Part shown: piece after piece, positions 17,504 to 28,494 of the stretch
Numbering within the stretch: position 1 is the stretch's first letter
Layout: each line of letters begins with the position of its first letter
DNA from: Andalucia godoyi And28
Taxonomy: Eukaryota; Protista; Jakobida
Direction of reading: 5' to 3'
NCBI GenBank assembly: GCA_009859145.1
Contig: VRVR01000046.1
Location: forward strand, 62,001 to 126,000
Length of the DNA: 64,000 nt
Translations under genes and position numbers: made by a program
The notes under the pieces: model-generated
What the model was told of the DNA's origin: nothing
Seen by the model: the letters and a program-made list of their open reading frames with translations, nothing else
The model's database searches: none

Positions 17504-19681
17504 TCAGTGTCCTTCGCGATCTGAAATGCCGCTGCTGCTGGCTGGCGCTCTGCTTGCCTCTCCGCGCTGTTTTTGACGCCGCTGCTTGCGAACATTGCGG
17601 TCGTTCTCTGTTGCGCGGCGGGCTGCAATATCGAACTTGGAAGATTGAAACACCAAGAACCAAGAGTCTGGATTCGGGGAAGAAGAAGAAGAAGAAGAAG
17701 AAGAAGAAGAAGAAGAAGAAGAAGAGGCAGACGAAGAAGCCTGGAGAATCGGCGCGACGGACTGCTTGCTCGGATACAATTCGACTCGAAAGGCTGTGAA
17801 GATCCGTTCGGCAGCAGTGGGTCTTGTAAGCCGAAAGGGACCGACGATCGTGGATGCAAATCCGTTGTCGGGATCATAGTGGACGACCGTTACGGATTCT
17901 TCGCACTCGATATCCGCTGGACAGCCGGAATGTCGCATCATCAGCGGAGGGTCGTCGGGCGGTATGCCTGAAATGAACGCAAATTTGACCTTCACAAGCA
18001 TGGAGACGCTTCCCGTGGCCTCGGAGGGAAAAAGAAAACCCAGGCTGATGCGAATGCGGTGAGACTGAGAAGTGAACAGTCGGACATCTGTGTCGGAATA
18101 CTGCTCGGACCTGCCTGACTTCCACTGCACAAAGGACGATGCCAGATTAAACGGACACATTTGCAGTCGGCATTCTTCGTACTTCACGTCGAAACACGGC
18201 CTTCGCATGCGCAAAGAAGTAGCTGGAAACGAGGCAGTCGAATTAAAAGCTGAGACAAGAACTCCAAACCGAGGACTTGGGACACCGGAAGAAGACTGCA
18301 CAGGAGCAGGTAGTGATGATGCCCCGACCGAAAAGGATTCGCCGTTCATCGCAGAAGAAGGCGGCGAGGAGAGTTCCGGAGAACTCAAAGAAGACACAGC
18401 TGATGATGCACTGCCCCGTCCAAGAGCCGAAGACCGCGGAGACAGTAAGACGGCGGCGGCCAGTGCAGAACTTCGATCGTCCGAAAGGCCTGCAATTCCC
18501 TGTTGCCTGGCAGCCTCGCAGTGCATCAGATCCAACGCCGGCTTGTGAATCCAGGAGTCTGGAACTGACGTATTCATGTTGTTGCTACTGCTGCTGTTGT
18601 CCGGAACAACAAATCTGTTCGTCCAGTAGTGCAGAGGCATGTATTGGGGCGTATTCCCGGAAAGCGGGACAAGATGATCAGGCGCAGGAAGCGTAGTGTT
18701 CTGCGGATAGCTCTGAAACTGAAGCTGCAACAAACTGTTCATGTTCACATGAGCGAAAGACGTCACAGAGCTCGGAGCCCAGTTGTTCTCCTGAAGAGAA
18801 TCCATCGATGCACACTGCTCCTGCACTGGCAGAGAACCATCGGAGCAGGCACCAAGTGGAGCACTCACTGTCAAGCAGTGCTGGTGGGAAGTCACACTGT
18901 GCAACTTGGGTGCCTCTACCCCGACGCCTGGTGCCAATCCCAGGACAGATAAATAAGAAGAAGCGGGAGAAGAAAAGATGAAATGTGGCAGTATAGGAGC
19001 TCCGATGGAGTTGGCCTGCAGGCCACCACCACCACCACCAGCAGCAGCAGCAGCAGCAGGAGGAGGATGAGGAGGAGGGGGGAAAGCGGGAGCAGACGGA
19101 AAAGAATTTGGGAAACAGTAAGAAGAACGAGAAACTTCAGGCGGCGGATGCTCAAAAGCGGTTGCATAACTTCGATGGAAGGTTTCCAGGTTACCGTCGT
19201 GTTGGCTCGCGCACGACGGCATCAAAAAAGAAGAACCAGAAGAAGCAAATGATGATGAGGAGGAGGAGGAGAAAAAAGAAGAAGAAGAAGAAGAAGGAGA
19301 GGAGGCTTGGTGGGCAGCAGGTTGAAAAACAAAAGGAAAGTTCGGTCGAAAGGAATGTAGAAAACGATCATACTGCAGCATGTTGTGCGAGAATTGCTGA
19401 GGGTTATCAGTGCTCCAAGGGATCCTAGGGCTGGAAAGGTTTTGCTGCGGCGGGGAAAACAAAAGAGGCCTTTGTACTGCAGCTTGAAATTGTGGTGCTG
19501 AGAGAGCAGGAGTGTCAATGCGCGGTGGGTCTGTGAAATTCAGATGTTGCGGTTGCTGCCGTGTCGTCGAGCGATCGTTCGGCATGCCTGCTGCTAACTC
19601 GTCTTGTCTGCCAACGGGGAGGACATTTGACGAAGTGCGCAAGCCTGGACGAGCAGAGCGTCCCCGTCGATTCTCGTGCAT
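17504..19681 (-). CDS. low-complexity protein with a compact C-terminal globular domain and basic tail (possible transcription factor)
   Basis: S/P/Q/A-rich N-terminal two-thirds, a beta-rich C-terminal ~170 aa, then RRATENDRNVRKQRRQKQR. Start ATG 19681 or 19585. Confidence 0.65.
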   Translation of the reverse strand: MHENRRGRSARPGLRTSSNVLPVGRQDELAAGMPNDRSTTRQQPQHLNFTDPPRIDTPALSAPQFQAAVQRPLLFSPPQQNLSSPRIPWSTDNPQQFSHNMLQYDRFLHSFRPNFPFVFQPAAHQASSPSSSSSSFFSSSSSSSFASSGSSFLMPSCASQHDGNLETFHRSYATAFEHPPPEVSRSSYCFPNSFPSAPAFPPPPHPPPAAAAAAGGGGGGLQANSIGAPILPHFIFSSPASSYLSVLGLAPGVGVEAPKLHSVTSHQHCLTVSAPLGACSDGSLPVQEQCASMDSLQENNWAPSSVTSFAHVNMNSLLQLQFQSYPQNTTLPAPDHLVPLSGNTPQYMPLHYWTNRFVVPDNSSSSNNMNTSVPDSWIHKPALDLMHCEAARQQGIAGLSDDRSSALAAAVLLSPRSSALGRGSASSAVSSLSSPELSSPPSSAMNGESFSVGASSLPAPVQSSSGVPSPRFGVLVSAFNSTASFPATSLRMRRPCFDVKYEECRLQMCPFNLASSFVQWKSGRSEQYSDTDVRLFTSQSHRIRISLGFLFPSEATGSVSMLVKVKFAFISGIPPDDPPLMMRHSGCPADIECEESVTVVHYDPDNGFASTIVGPFRLTRPTAAERIFTAFRVELYPSKQSVAPILQASSSASSSSSSSSSSSSSSSSPNPDSWFLVFQSSKFDIAARRATENDRNVRKQRRQKQRGEASRAPASSSGISDREGH
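17679..17724. repeat. (AAG)n trinucleotide repeat encoding poly-Ser on the minus strand
   Basis: Directly visible tract. Confidence 0.9.
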
Positions 19682-20499
19682 GACACCACAGCAGTTGCCC
19701 CTGAGAGCTGGAGGTGAGTTCGGTACGCAGAGCCCTGTTGTGCATGAGGCAGAAACCAGAATTGTCAAAAGGGGAAGTCCGCATTAAGAGTTTTCGAAGC
19801 CCTGTTTTTTCTTGCTCAACATCTGTTGAGACCGCTCTTTGACCCCATGTGCCATAAGAGGGAAAAGATGGACAAACTGATGTCAAAAAGACAGGGCGGG
19901 AAGTGTTCCAACCGTACCAGCATGTTTTGTCCCTAATCGGGATAGCATCGTGGGAAATGGTGCAATCCCGATGCCCAGATCGACATGTCGGTGATTTCTG
20001 AAGCGTCGTGACCCCCCGTATATGTCATTCTTTACCTCCGCATCCGCACTTCTCATGCAAGGACTACCATTTGCGGACAGAGAATTTGAGCGAAGACTGC
20101 CAGAGCTGGTTGTTTCCCAAACTGAATTCCGACCTCTGGACCCCCGAAGTGGACACCAGCTCGAATAGTTGAACGAAACATCAAAGGAAAAGAAACATGG
20201 ATTGGATAATGCCGTTCCTAGGGGTGAGGAAAGAATGCGAAGCGAAGCGATCATGAGTTTCCGAGCCCATGGGGACGGCATTATCCAATCCAGAAACAAG
20301 TCGAAGGATTCAGGGATATCTGCAGGTTACTGTTACTGCCACCACCGAAACAGGTCGAGTTACTAAACAACAAAAAGCATGTGATTACCTTCGATGCTTG
20401 GCAGCTTCACAGTGTCCGCGCTTTGATCGATGCGGATTATCATATTCAATTTATTTATTTATTTTATTTTATTTTTAATTGAAGTAAACAGTTAAAGAA

Positions 20500-20973
20500 T
20501 TAGTGGGGTTTTGGGACATACCCATCGACGGCCATATTTCGAGTAGCGGATGGCAGCCTGACGACCATTCCGTCCATATCATTGGTGACTCTAACCTGGC
20601 ACCCCAGCCTTGAAGTCTCTGTAAGTCCAAACGCAAGATCCAGCATATCATTCTCCTCATCCGACGGCTCCTCGAGCTTGTCATACACAGACTGTTCCAG
20701 AATGACATGACACGTCGAACATGCCAACGATCCCTCGCACGCACCCTCCAAATCCACTTCATTCGCATGTGCAATCTCCAACAGCGACTCACCAGGCTTG
20801 CACACAACCGTCTTTCGACTCCCCGATTTGTCACAAAACGTAATCGACACACCTCGCGCCACCGAGGAAAACCGCCGTACCGGAACCGCATGGCACGATC
20901 GCCGCATTCGCATAATCGTCGTCGCCATCGTCGTCGTCGGTGCCATTGTCAACCGAAACACTTGACGCAACAT
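20500..20973 (-). CDS. FDX2: mitochondrial [2Fe-2S] ferredoxin (adrenodoxin/Yah1/FDX2 type)
   Basis: EGACEGSLACSTCHVI, ENDMLDLAFGLTETSRLGCQ, and an Arg-rich presequence. Confidence 0.93.
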   Translation of the reverse strand: MLRQVFRLTMAPTTTMATTIMRMRRSCHAVPVRRFSSVARGVSITFCDKSGSRKTVVCKPGESLLEIAHANEVDLEGACEGSLACSTCHVILEQSVYDKLEEPSDEENDMLDLAFGLTETSRLGCQVRVTNDMDGMVVRLPSATRNMAVDGYVPKPH

Positions 20974-21394
20974 TCTCGCTGCTGCTCTCTCGTGCCAGTC
21001 GATCTCTGTAAAATATCTTCAGTTACGATTAAAATGATTCAATTCATTCCGTTACAAAGTGCAACTACAATCAAATAAGGAAGGACGTAAAATCATCATC
21101 CACTTGGGAAAACTGTTCGGTGTACTGTAGTTACCGGTATGCAAGTGCAGTATCTCCCCCACTTTGAGTGTGCAGAAGCTTTCAACTTCACACCACGGAG
21201 AGCGAAGTCGACAGATGTAGACTGCCGGACTTTATCGTTTTTTTAACGGTCAAACCTACCCAAACATCCGACAGCTGCAGTTTTCTGGACGGAAATCAAG
21301 ACCATAGAGCATTGCTGGATTCACTTGCATTCTTGAAGAGAAAGAGAAAGAGAGAGAGAGAGAAAGAGAGAAAGAGAGAGGGAGAGGGAGAGAA

Positions 21395-23605
21395 ATGGCT
21401 TCGTGCAGAGTTCGTGTAGTGGCAAAACTGCGACCGTTGTTGCCGCAAGAAGGAACGAAGACATGTTTATCGACGAGTCCCGATTACGAGAGTGGGAAGC
21501 AGCTTATTCACTTGAATGCACTTTCGCAGACGCTTTCGTTTTCTCTGGATTCAGTGTATGAGCAAGAAACAAATCTGTCGCAATTCTACAGCTCGGAAAT
21601 CAAGCCGATGGTCTTGAATGCAGTCAAGAACTCGACTGCATGCTCGGTGTTTGCATACGGAGTAACGGGGTCGGGAAAGACACACACGATGCATGGATCG
21701 GCAAGTGAAGCAGGCGTGATTCCCAGAGCTGTCCATGATGTGTTTGCGAATTTGAAGCCGAAGCAACGAGTGTTGGTTTCGTATCTCGAGATCTACCAAG
21801 AAAAAGTATACGATTTGCTCGTGGAACAGAATGTTGCTATTGTTTCGTCGTCCTCGATTGTCGTGGGCATGAGTGAAAAAGAAAGAGATAAGAGACCGGA
21901 GCTTCCGCTACGAGACGATGGATCTGGAAACGTGGTTGTGGCGGATCTTACGCACAAGTCGTTGCAGTTCAAAGAGGAGTTCGCAATGCTGTTTGAGAAG
22001 GCGCAGAAGTTCCGAAAGGTTGCGGGAACAAAGTGCAATGCACAGTCTTCGAGATCCCATGCAGTCTTGGAATTGCAGGTTGTTCCAAGCGGTGGAAAGG
22101 TGGTTCTTGTGGATCTCGCGGGTTGCGAAGACAATCGAAAGACGGGAAACGTTGGAATTCGGCTCGCAGAGAGTTCCGCAATCAACATCAGTTTGTTTAC
22201 TCTTGGAAAGGTCATCCATTCGCTGCAAGAACCAGAAAAGACCATGAGAATTCCGTATCGGGACTCAAAACTAACAAGGCTTCTCCAAGATTCTCTCGGT
22301 GGGACTGCACAGACACTCATGATCGCAACGCTTTCGCCGAGCCCCCTCTACTGCCAGGGCACGCTTCATGTGCTGCAGTACGCAGCAAAGACACGCTCGA
22401 TTGAAAATCACATCCAACAGGTGCAGAACAACATGTCAGGGAGGCTGCTGGAAGAGAGAAAGGAAAAGACCAGGGAGGAGGAATTGCGACAGTGGAGAGA
22501 GAAGCACGGCGGAGGTAAGAGCTCTGCAGCAGCTGGACCTTCTAACACTGGTGTTTCTCTTGCTGGTTCCTTGAAGCGCCCTCTGCAGGAATCCAACTCG
22601 GCAGTAGTGGCCTCCTCAGCACCGGCTTCAAAAATGGCAAAGACCGCCCTTGGCGCCCCGAAACAATCGGTCAGCAGCAAAGAGAAAGACCTGCTTTTCT
22701 CTCCGCGAGTCGCGAAGGTAGCAAAGGCAGCGGGAGTAGATGCCGGGCGGTTTGAGACACTGGAGCGCAAGGTCGACAGCTTGATGATGGCAATCGGATG
22801 TAAGTCAATGCCCAAGTCCGTGATGGACAAGGCAAAGGAACTTGCAGAAATGGTCAAACGAGAGCAATCAATCGAAGAGCAGGTTCGACAGTTGTTGATG
22901 GGCGCCAGAACGGCCAAGGACGCCCAGAAGTACCGACGAGCGTTTGATTTATACAGAAAAGCGAGCGAACTCTGCCCGGGGATGGACAAGATTAAGGCGA
23001 AAATGTCCAGGTGCTTGGAGCTCGCTCAGGAGCAGGAGGAGAAGCAGCTGGAAATGGAGGATGCACTGTACGAGCCAAAAGAAGACGAGAATGATGTTTC
23101 GTTTAGAATTGCAGACGACGCACAGATCGTTGCAGAGGACGATGACGGTGAGGACGACGACGAAACCAACCTGCTCGACAAGAAAAGGAAGACGAAGACG
23201 AAGAAGCGGTCTCAAGGCACAAAGAAACGTAATTCATCGCTCAGTTCGGACGGATCTGGGAGATCTTCGGACTGCTCCATGCACAATGAATCTGCGGAAA
23301 ACGAGAAGCTCGACCTCCCCCGGATTTCCTACGCTGAGATGAGCGAAGATCAGATTGCCAGTGCGGAGCTGTCCTTTTTGGAAGCGCTCAAGAGCGCAGA
23401 GAATGAAAAAGAGCTGCGCAAATTCAAGGGCATTGCAAAAGTGCGGGCAGAGCGCATCATGCTTCATCGCGAAAAGTTCGTCTCCGTTCGACAGGACTTC
23501 GCCGCCTATGGAATCATGTCCGGAAAGCAACTGCAGACGTTCCTTGAGGAAACCCTACCGCAGTTTTGTCCTGCTGCGTCATCCATTCTTGCAAACACCA
23601 TGTAA
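21395..23605 (+). CDS. KIF22: kinesin-10 / KIF22 (Kid)-like chromokinesin
   Basis: Motor motifs GVTGSGKT, SSRSH, DLAGCEDNRKTGN and IPYRDSKLTRLLQDSLGG. C-terminal HhH-like LRKFKGIAKVRAERI. Confidence 0.82.
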   Translation: MASCRVRVVAKLRPLLPQEGTKTCLSTSPDYESGKQLIHLNALSQTLSFSLDSVYEQETNLSQFYSSEIKPMVLNAVKNSTACSVFAYGVTGSGKTHTMHGSASEAGVIPRAVHDVFANLKPKQRVLVSYLEIYQEKVYDLLVEQNVAIVSSSSIVVGMSEKERDKRPELPLRDDGSGNVVVADLTHKSLQFKEEFAMLFEKAQKFRKVAGTKCNAQSSRSHAVLELQVVPSGGKVVLVDLAGCEDNRKTGNVGIRLAESSAINISLFTLGKVIHSLQEPEKTMRIPYRDSKLTRLLQDSLGGTAQTLMIATLSPSPLYCQGTLHVLQYAAKTRSIENHIQQVQNNMSGRLLEERKEKTREEELRQWREKHGGGKSSAAAGPSNTGVSLAGSLKRPLQESNSAVVASSAPASKMAKTALGAPKQSVSSKEKDLLFSPRVAKVAKAAGVDAGRFETLERKVDSLMMAIGCKSMPKSVMDKAKELAEMVKREQSIEEQVRQLLMGARTAKDAQKYRRAFDLYRKASELCPGMDKIKAKMSRCLELAQEQEEKQLEMEDALYEPKEDENDVSFRIADDAQIVAEDDDGEDDDETNLLDKKRKTKTKKRSQGTKKRNSSLSSDGSGRSSDCSMHNESAENEKLDLPRISYAEMSEDQIASAELSFLEALKSAENEKELRKFKGIAKVRAERIMLHREKFVSVRQDFAAYGIMSGKQLQTFLEETLPQFCPAASSILANTM

Positions 23606-23879
23606 TCCGGCCTGCCAACGATCACATCCGCCCTTCCCTTTCTCGCGCGGAAGTTGAAAAGTTGTAATAATACCTATTTACTGACAGAGAAGCTCGCCCT
23701 TTTTTCTTCTTTTTTCTCTTTTCCATTCTTCTTTTCAAACATGTTCCCCTCGTTAAGAACTTCCCCATTTAGATATTTTAAAAACACAACGTTGGTGCAC
23801 CAAAGTACCAAAAAAAATAATATTAAAAATTAAAAAAAAAATACTCTTCCCAAAAAAAACTATTAAAAATAATGATAAC

Positions 23880-25382
23880 TCAGTTCTCATGCGTTCGCAA
23901 GAACTTCAATCGAGAAGCCTCGTCAATGTTCCGTGGCTGGCGAGATAGGAGCTCAAAGTCACGGTCGACAGTCCATACGCGAGGATCGCTGTCGTCAATC
24001 TTCTTTGACAGGTACAACTCTGCGACATGCGAAAGTCCCGAAACAGCATACAAAACATTAAATACGGCATCCGCCGTCAATGAGAACTTCGCAGCGAGCT
24101 GGGTGATTGTGGCTCGAGGGAACCCGCCAACTAAACTCGATCCTGGTGAGATTGTGAGGTGCTCGCCGCCTTTCGAAGACGCGGCTTTTGGAGACGGAGT
24201 CGCAGGGGGCGGCGGCACCACGTGATTCTTTCCATTTCCGTGGCCGCCAGACGGCGTTCTTCTTGGAGCAGACGCGGCCAGATCCTTTGCCTCAAGCTCT
24301 GGCGCAAGCTTAGCCTTCTTCTTTGGCGGTGCAGCAACTCCTTCTACGGTGAGATTGAACAGGTCTGGATTCTCCGAGAATGGCTCCATGACATCGTCGT
24401 GTTTCGAAAACTCCTGAACTCGATGCTCGATCTGTTCCATGTAGTGCAGGATCAGTACAGCAAGCTCCTTGTTCTCCATATGCTCCACGTCCGAGTCTTC
24501 GTAGTGCACAAGCTTCTTCCTCCACCGTTCCTGCATGGACTGAGTGGAATGTTCCGTCAGCTTTCGACGCTCTGCGCTTGTCCAAAACTTGATCCCGGAG
24601 GGCTTGTGGCGTGACTGAGGACCCAGAATCTTTGCAAACGCAAGAAGTCGTGCATCATCATCCACTGTGTATCCTTTTCTCTTTGTCGACAGGCTCGTCG
24701 CAACGACAGATGCAGATCCAGACCCAGGCAGAGACGCACCCACGGTTGCTGTGGTTGCAATTGGAGCGTCTTCGACTTTGGCACGATTCCCTTCTGCAGA
24801 AGCGCCAGCTTCCCTGCTCAGTTCCTTCTGCAGCGTCCGTGACGAGGTAGCAAGGTCTTCCTTGTCGATGTCTTGGACTCTGCGCAATGCAATTCTGGCT
24901 TCTGCTGGCGTCTTTGGCAGCAAACTGACCTTTCTGCTTTCAAGAGCCCACTGTTTTCTGTACCGCCCATTGATGATGTACTTTCGAATGTCCAAGAGCT
25001 GTTTTGCCGCAATGCAGTCGTCGATGAACGAAGGTCGGATCGTCGGAAACGAGGCTTGCGAAGACCGTTTTGCAAGATCAATGAAGATCTCGTCCGTCGC
25101 AATGCAATAGGAACACCGGAACATCTCGCTGAGATTCACTTGGCCCCCATGCTCCCGGATCTTCCGCGCCAACTCGGACGCATCTTTGAGAAGCGGCACA
25201 TAGAAGCACAGCCCAGAGAAAATCGTGGCGCCGTTCCTTGCGTCTTCCGAGTCCTCCTCAGACGATCCCTTCTCTGCCCCGGCGATGCCCTGCTCAGTCA
25301 ACGTCGACACCAAGCTGCTGCTCGCCTCAGATTTCGGAGAAAGCAGCTTGTTCGCCAGGATCTTCAGCGCAGCAAACACCAT
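23880..25382 (-). CDS. RAP1: telomere protein RAP1 (BRCT + Myb + RCT)
   Basis: BRCT IFSGLCFYV..KIREHGG..FIDDCI. Rap1-type Myb KGYTVDDDARLL..LTEHSTQSMQERWRKKL. RCT-like C-terminus WTVDRDFELL..SRLKFL. Confidence 0.85.
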   Translation of the reverse strand: MVFAALKILANKLLSPKSEASSSLVSTLTEQGIAGAEKGSSEEDSEDARNGATIFSGLCFYVPLLKDASELARKIREHGGQVNLSEMFRCSYCIATDEIFIDLAKRSSQASFPTIRPSFIDDCIAAKQLLDIRKYIINGRYRKQWALESRKVSLLPKTPAEARIALRRVQDIDKEDLATSSRTLQKELSREAGASAEGNRAKVEDAPIATTATVGASLPGSGSASVVATSLSTKRKGYTVDDDARLLAFAKILGPQSRHKPSGIKFWTSAERRKLTEHSTQSMQERWRKKLVHYEDSDVEHMENKELAVLILHYMEQIEHRVQEFSKHDDVMEPFSENPDLFNLTVEGVAAPPKKKAKLAPELEAKDLAASAPRRTPSGGHGNGKNHVVPPPPATPSPKAASSKGGEHLTISPGSSLVGGFPRATITQLAAKFSLTADAVFNVLYAVSGLSHVAELYLSKKIDDSDPRVWTVDRDFELLSRQPRNIDEASRLKFLRTHEN

Positions 25383-25875
25383 TCTTTAAGTATTATTTTT
25401 CTTTTCTTTTCTTCCACCCTCCAAAACGCCACTGGAGCACCCGAACAAGGAACCAAAAACAAAAACAAAAAAAAAAGGCCAATTCGAGATTTGAAAAAAA
25501 AATTGGAATTACCAACGCCGCCTATAACAAGAAGAAAGAAAATCGTGTTCTTAGCTTCAGCAACAACAATAAAATCAGAATTAATAATCAAAAATTACTG
25601 TGAAGGACAAGTATAGTAACGAAACGGATGGTTTTAGCACTTGGATAGAAAGCCCAAGCATGGGTTTGAAAAAAGGTTAGGGTTCGGACTATGGGGTTAT
25701 TGAACGATTTGGGGTTTGGGGTTTGCGGCGGGTCAAATTAAAAGGGCGCGCAAATCTTTTGGGTTTATGCTTACTGTAGTCTACGATGAATTGTGCTAGT
25801 GCTGTATGTTTTCTGTAGTTTTTTCTTTTTTTTCTCTTTGAGGGTTTGATTGTTATATATATATATATTCAGTAA

Positions 25876-26379
25876 ATGACTGAAAAGATGACAGATGGAA
25901 GAATGTCGGGGGCAAGGAGGATGATTCGAGCTCCGACACTCTACGACTCTCCACAGACGGTTCATATGTATTTCTATGCGCTCTTCTCACCGAACTCATT
26001 GGCACAGTCCTCGCAGGTCTTTACAGTCGATACGGTTGCAGTTCTTCGATTGCTGTACGAGTGCTATCCGTTCAGTCCCGTCGAGCGCGAAGGCATCCGG
26101 CGCATCATCACATTCCTCTCGCGCTCGGCTCACTCCAGACCACCGGCGACCTCTTCTTTTTCTTCTCAACCAAACCGTACAGCAGGCAGGAAAAAAAGAA
26201 AACACGACGCGGTCGCACAAGAACGACAACAGCAGATGGAAGGAAAAGAAGAAAAAAAAGAAGAGGAGGAGGAGGATGAGCAGAACCAAGAGCTTGCGGC
26301 GGCAGCAGCGTATTTCCAGGCGTGTGTCGCTGCTCGACGGCTCATCCCGATTGACCAAGTGCGATCTTCCAAACTCTAA
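25876..26379 (+). CDS. small hypothetical protein
   Basis: 167-aa ATG ORF filling a spacer. No family recognised. Confidence 0.45.
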   Translation: MTEKMTDGRMSGARRMIRAPTLYDSPQTVHMYFYALFSPNSLAQSSQVFTVDTVAVLRLLYECYPFSPVEREGIRRIITFLSRSAHSRPPATSSFSSQPNRTAGRKKRKHDAVAQERQQQMEGKEEKKEEEEEDEQNQELAAAAAYFQACVAARRLIPIDQVRSSKL

Positions 26380-26739
26380 GTCACGGACTCCTTGTACTGT
26401 AAAAACCCTGCCCCAATCAGCCATCGGACATCGTAGCGTCCTATCTGCTGTACAGCACATATACAAAAACATATTGACCGGTGTACTGGGCAGTGTGCTG
26501 AAATCCCGTATTTGATGCTGTTGTGTGGGCGTTGCGGATCTCTCGAAGACAAGAGTAAGCATCGGCACTACTACTGCCAGTGCATTTATCATAGAGTGTG
26601 GGAGTACGGAACACTAAGGAATACAGACAACTGGGGGATTGCAGCTGCATATCTTTATGGGTCGGATACAGCAAGCTCACACAACGACAACAAACAAAGA
26701 AACGACAAACAACAACAATCATCAAGGCGTGTTTTGAAA

Positions 26740-27927
26740 ATGGGGAATCAAAGCTCGAATTCGTCGTCGTCGTCCTTGTCTTCATCGGACTCGCCGTCAT
26801 CCAGATCGCTGGTTCGATCATCACCCCATCCGCCTCCGCCCTCTTCTGCTCAAGCTTCTTCTCATGCGTCTTCTCATCCGCATCATAACCGGTCTTCTTA
26901 TGGATCTGCGACTTCAGCTAAAACTGTGCTTTTCCACTTGTGCAAAGTGTCGCTGAGCGACTCGCTAGCCTCGATTGCCGTCGCCTTCCAAGTCGACAAG
27001 TCTGCTCTCAAGTCTGCAAATCGAATGCTTACGGATTCCTTTGCACATCTGAACTTTCTTTTGGTCCCGGGGCTCCCTGCAAGTGCAAAAAGACTTGCTG
27101 CCCGGATAGGTACCTCTTCACATTGTGCGGCGGCGGCGGCAGGGGCATTTTGTGAGCCCTCGGCGGGTACGGAAGTGTCAAGTTTGGATATGCAAATGAA
27201 CGTGTGGATTGAGAATGCACAGCGTCGAAAACGAGAACACGGGTCTCTGTCAAAGAAGCTGAAGAAGAGACAAGAGATTGTCAACGAGGATGGCGATGGT
27301 GGTGGCGGTGGTGGTTGCGAGAATGAGATTGGAAAGGAAGACCTGTACAAAGACTACTTCCTGACGGTTACCCAAGACGGGAAACTTGTGCTTCACGCAT
27401 ACTGTTTACGTTCCGACTACCTGTCGACTGTCGACGAAAAGTACCAGCCGAATGACGGACTGTGCGACTTTTGGGTGTCGTGCTCGGACATTGAATCTGC
27501 CAGTATCGTGCAGTCACAAGAATCGTTAAGTGGCCAGTTTGTGCTTCCTCCGTACTCGAATTACTACTACATTAACAGCAGCTATAGTAGCAGTCCCTCC
27601 AATGAGAATTCCGGGTCTGATGCCGAAGAGGGTCATGAACAGACCAGTTCGAAAAGTACGAATCCGGACAAGCGTAAGACGAAGCGCAAAAAGAAAAAGT
27701 GCAAGAGAGGCATTCTGATTAAAGTGAAGGGCATCCGAGCTCCATTGGTTGCGTACTGCCTGGACCCCGAAGAAGTCCAAGAACTGATTATGGAAGAAGC
27801 ACTCGATGCCGAATCCACCCTCTCGGCTTCAGCCCCCGTCGCTGCATCCGCTCCCTTGAACAGCATCAGCTATGTCCAATCTGGGTCGCCTGCTTCGACC
27901 AAGAGATCCGTGCAGAGAAACGGATGA
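26740..27927 (+). CDS. LysM-domain protein, possibly N-myristoylated
   Basis: MGNQSS start at 26740. LysM-like HLCKVSLSDSLASIAVAFQVDKSALKSANRM..FLLVP. Confidence 0.72.
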   Translation: MGNQSSNSSSSSLSSSDSPSSRSLVRSSPHPPPPSSAQASSHASSHPHHNRSSYGSATSAKTVLFHLCKVSLSDSLASIAVAFQVDKSALKSANRMLTDSFAHLNFLLVPGLPASAKRLAARIGTSSHCAAAAAGAFCEPSAGTEVSSLDMQMNVWIENAQRRKREHGSLSKKLKKRQEIVNEDGDGGGGGGCENEIGKEDLYKDYFLTVTQDGKLVLHAYCLRSDYLSTVDEKYQPNDGLCDFWVSCSDIESASIVQSQESLSGQFVLPPYSNYYYINSSYSSSPSNENSGSDAEEGHEQTSSKSTNPDKRKTKRKKKKCKRGILIKVKGIRAPLVAYCLDPEEVQELIMEEALDAESTLSASAPVAASAPLNSISYVQSGSPASTKRSVQRNG

Positions 27928-28494
27928 ATCATGGACTCCCCCATCCCCACGATGTATCATTGCTGCGTTTGCGCAACCACGAAGCGAATAGAACAAATAA
28001 ACGCCTGTTAGTAAATACACTGATCCGTGCTACTTGTTGCTCATCGGTATTGCTACTTGCCAGTTACTCGACCGAAAAAGGAGACCTCCTCGCCGGTCCT
28101 CAAAGTTCCAACACCCCCTGAATCAACTCCCAAATGCTGCGGAGTGCGGATAGGATGCTGTCAGTGTGGCAGCTGAACTCGCAAAAAAAGGAGCAGGAAG
28201 GAGGGAAAGCGGTTTTGTAATGTTTTTGGAGAGCTGATGAGCAGAAGCTACGGGTACGTTTTCGAAGTGAAAAAAGTGCGCTTGGACGAGCGTCGAAGCA
28301 GAAGCAGTTCGTCCAAACGGATTCTCTCAATCTCTTTTGTTTCCCTCCCCCCCTTCATCCTCCCCTTCATCCCCCCCCCCCCCTTCCGAGAAGGAAGCCT
28401 TTGACGTGTCGTGGTCTTTTTCTTTTTTCTTTTCCTTTCTTTGCTGCATCGCAGATATCAACAGCAATAATCAAGAAGAATAGTATCTAAATCC

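Noticed and set aside
19800-20470. Moderately GC-rich spacer that might hide another element relic
   Set aside because: No TnpA/Fanzor peptide, no right-end motif and no convincing ORF found on either strand.
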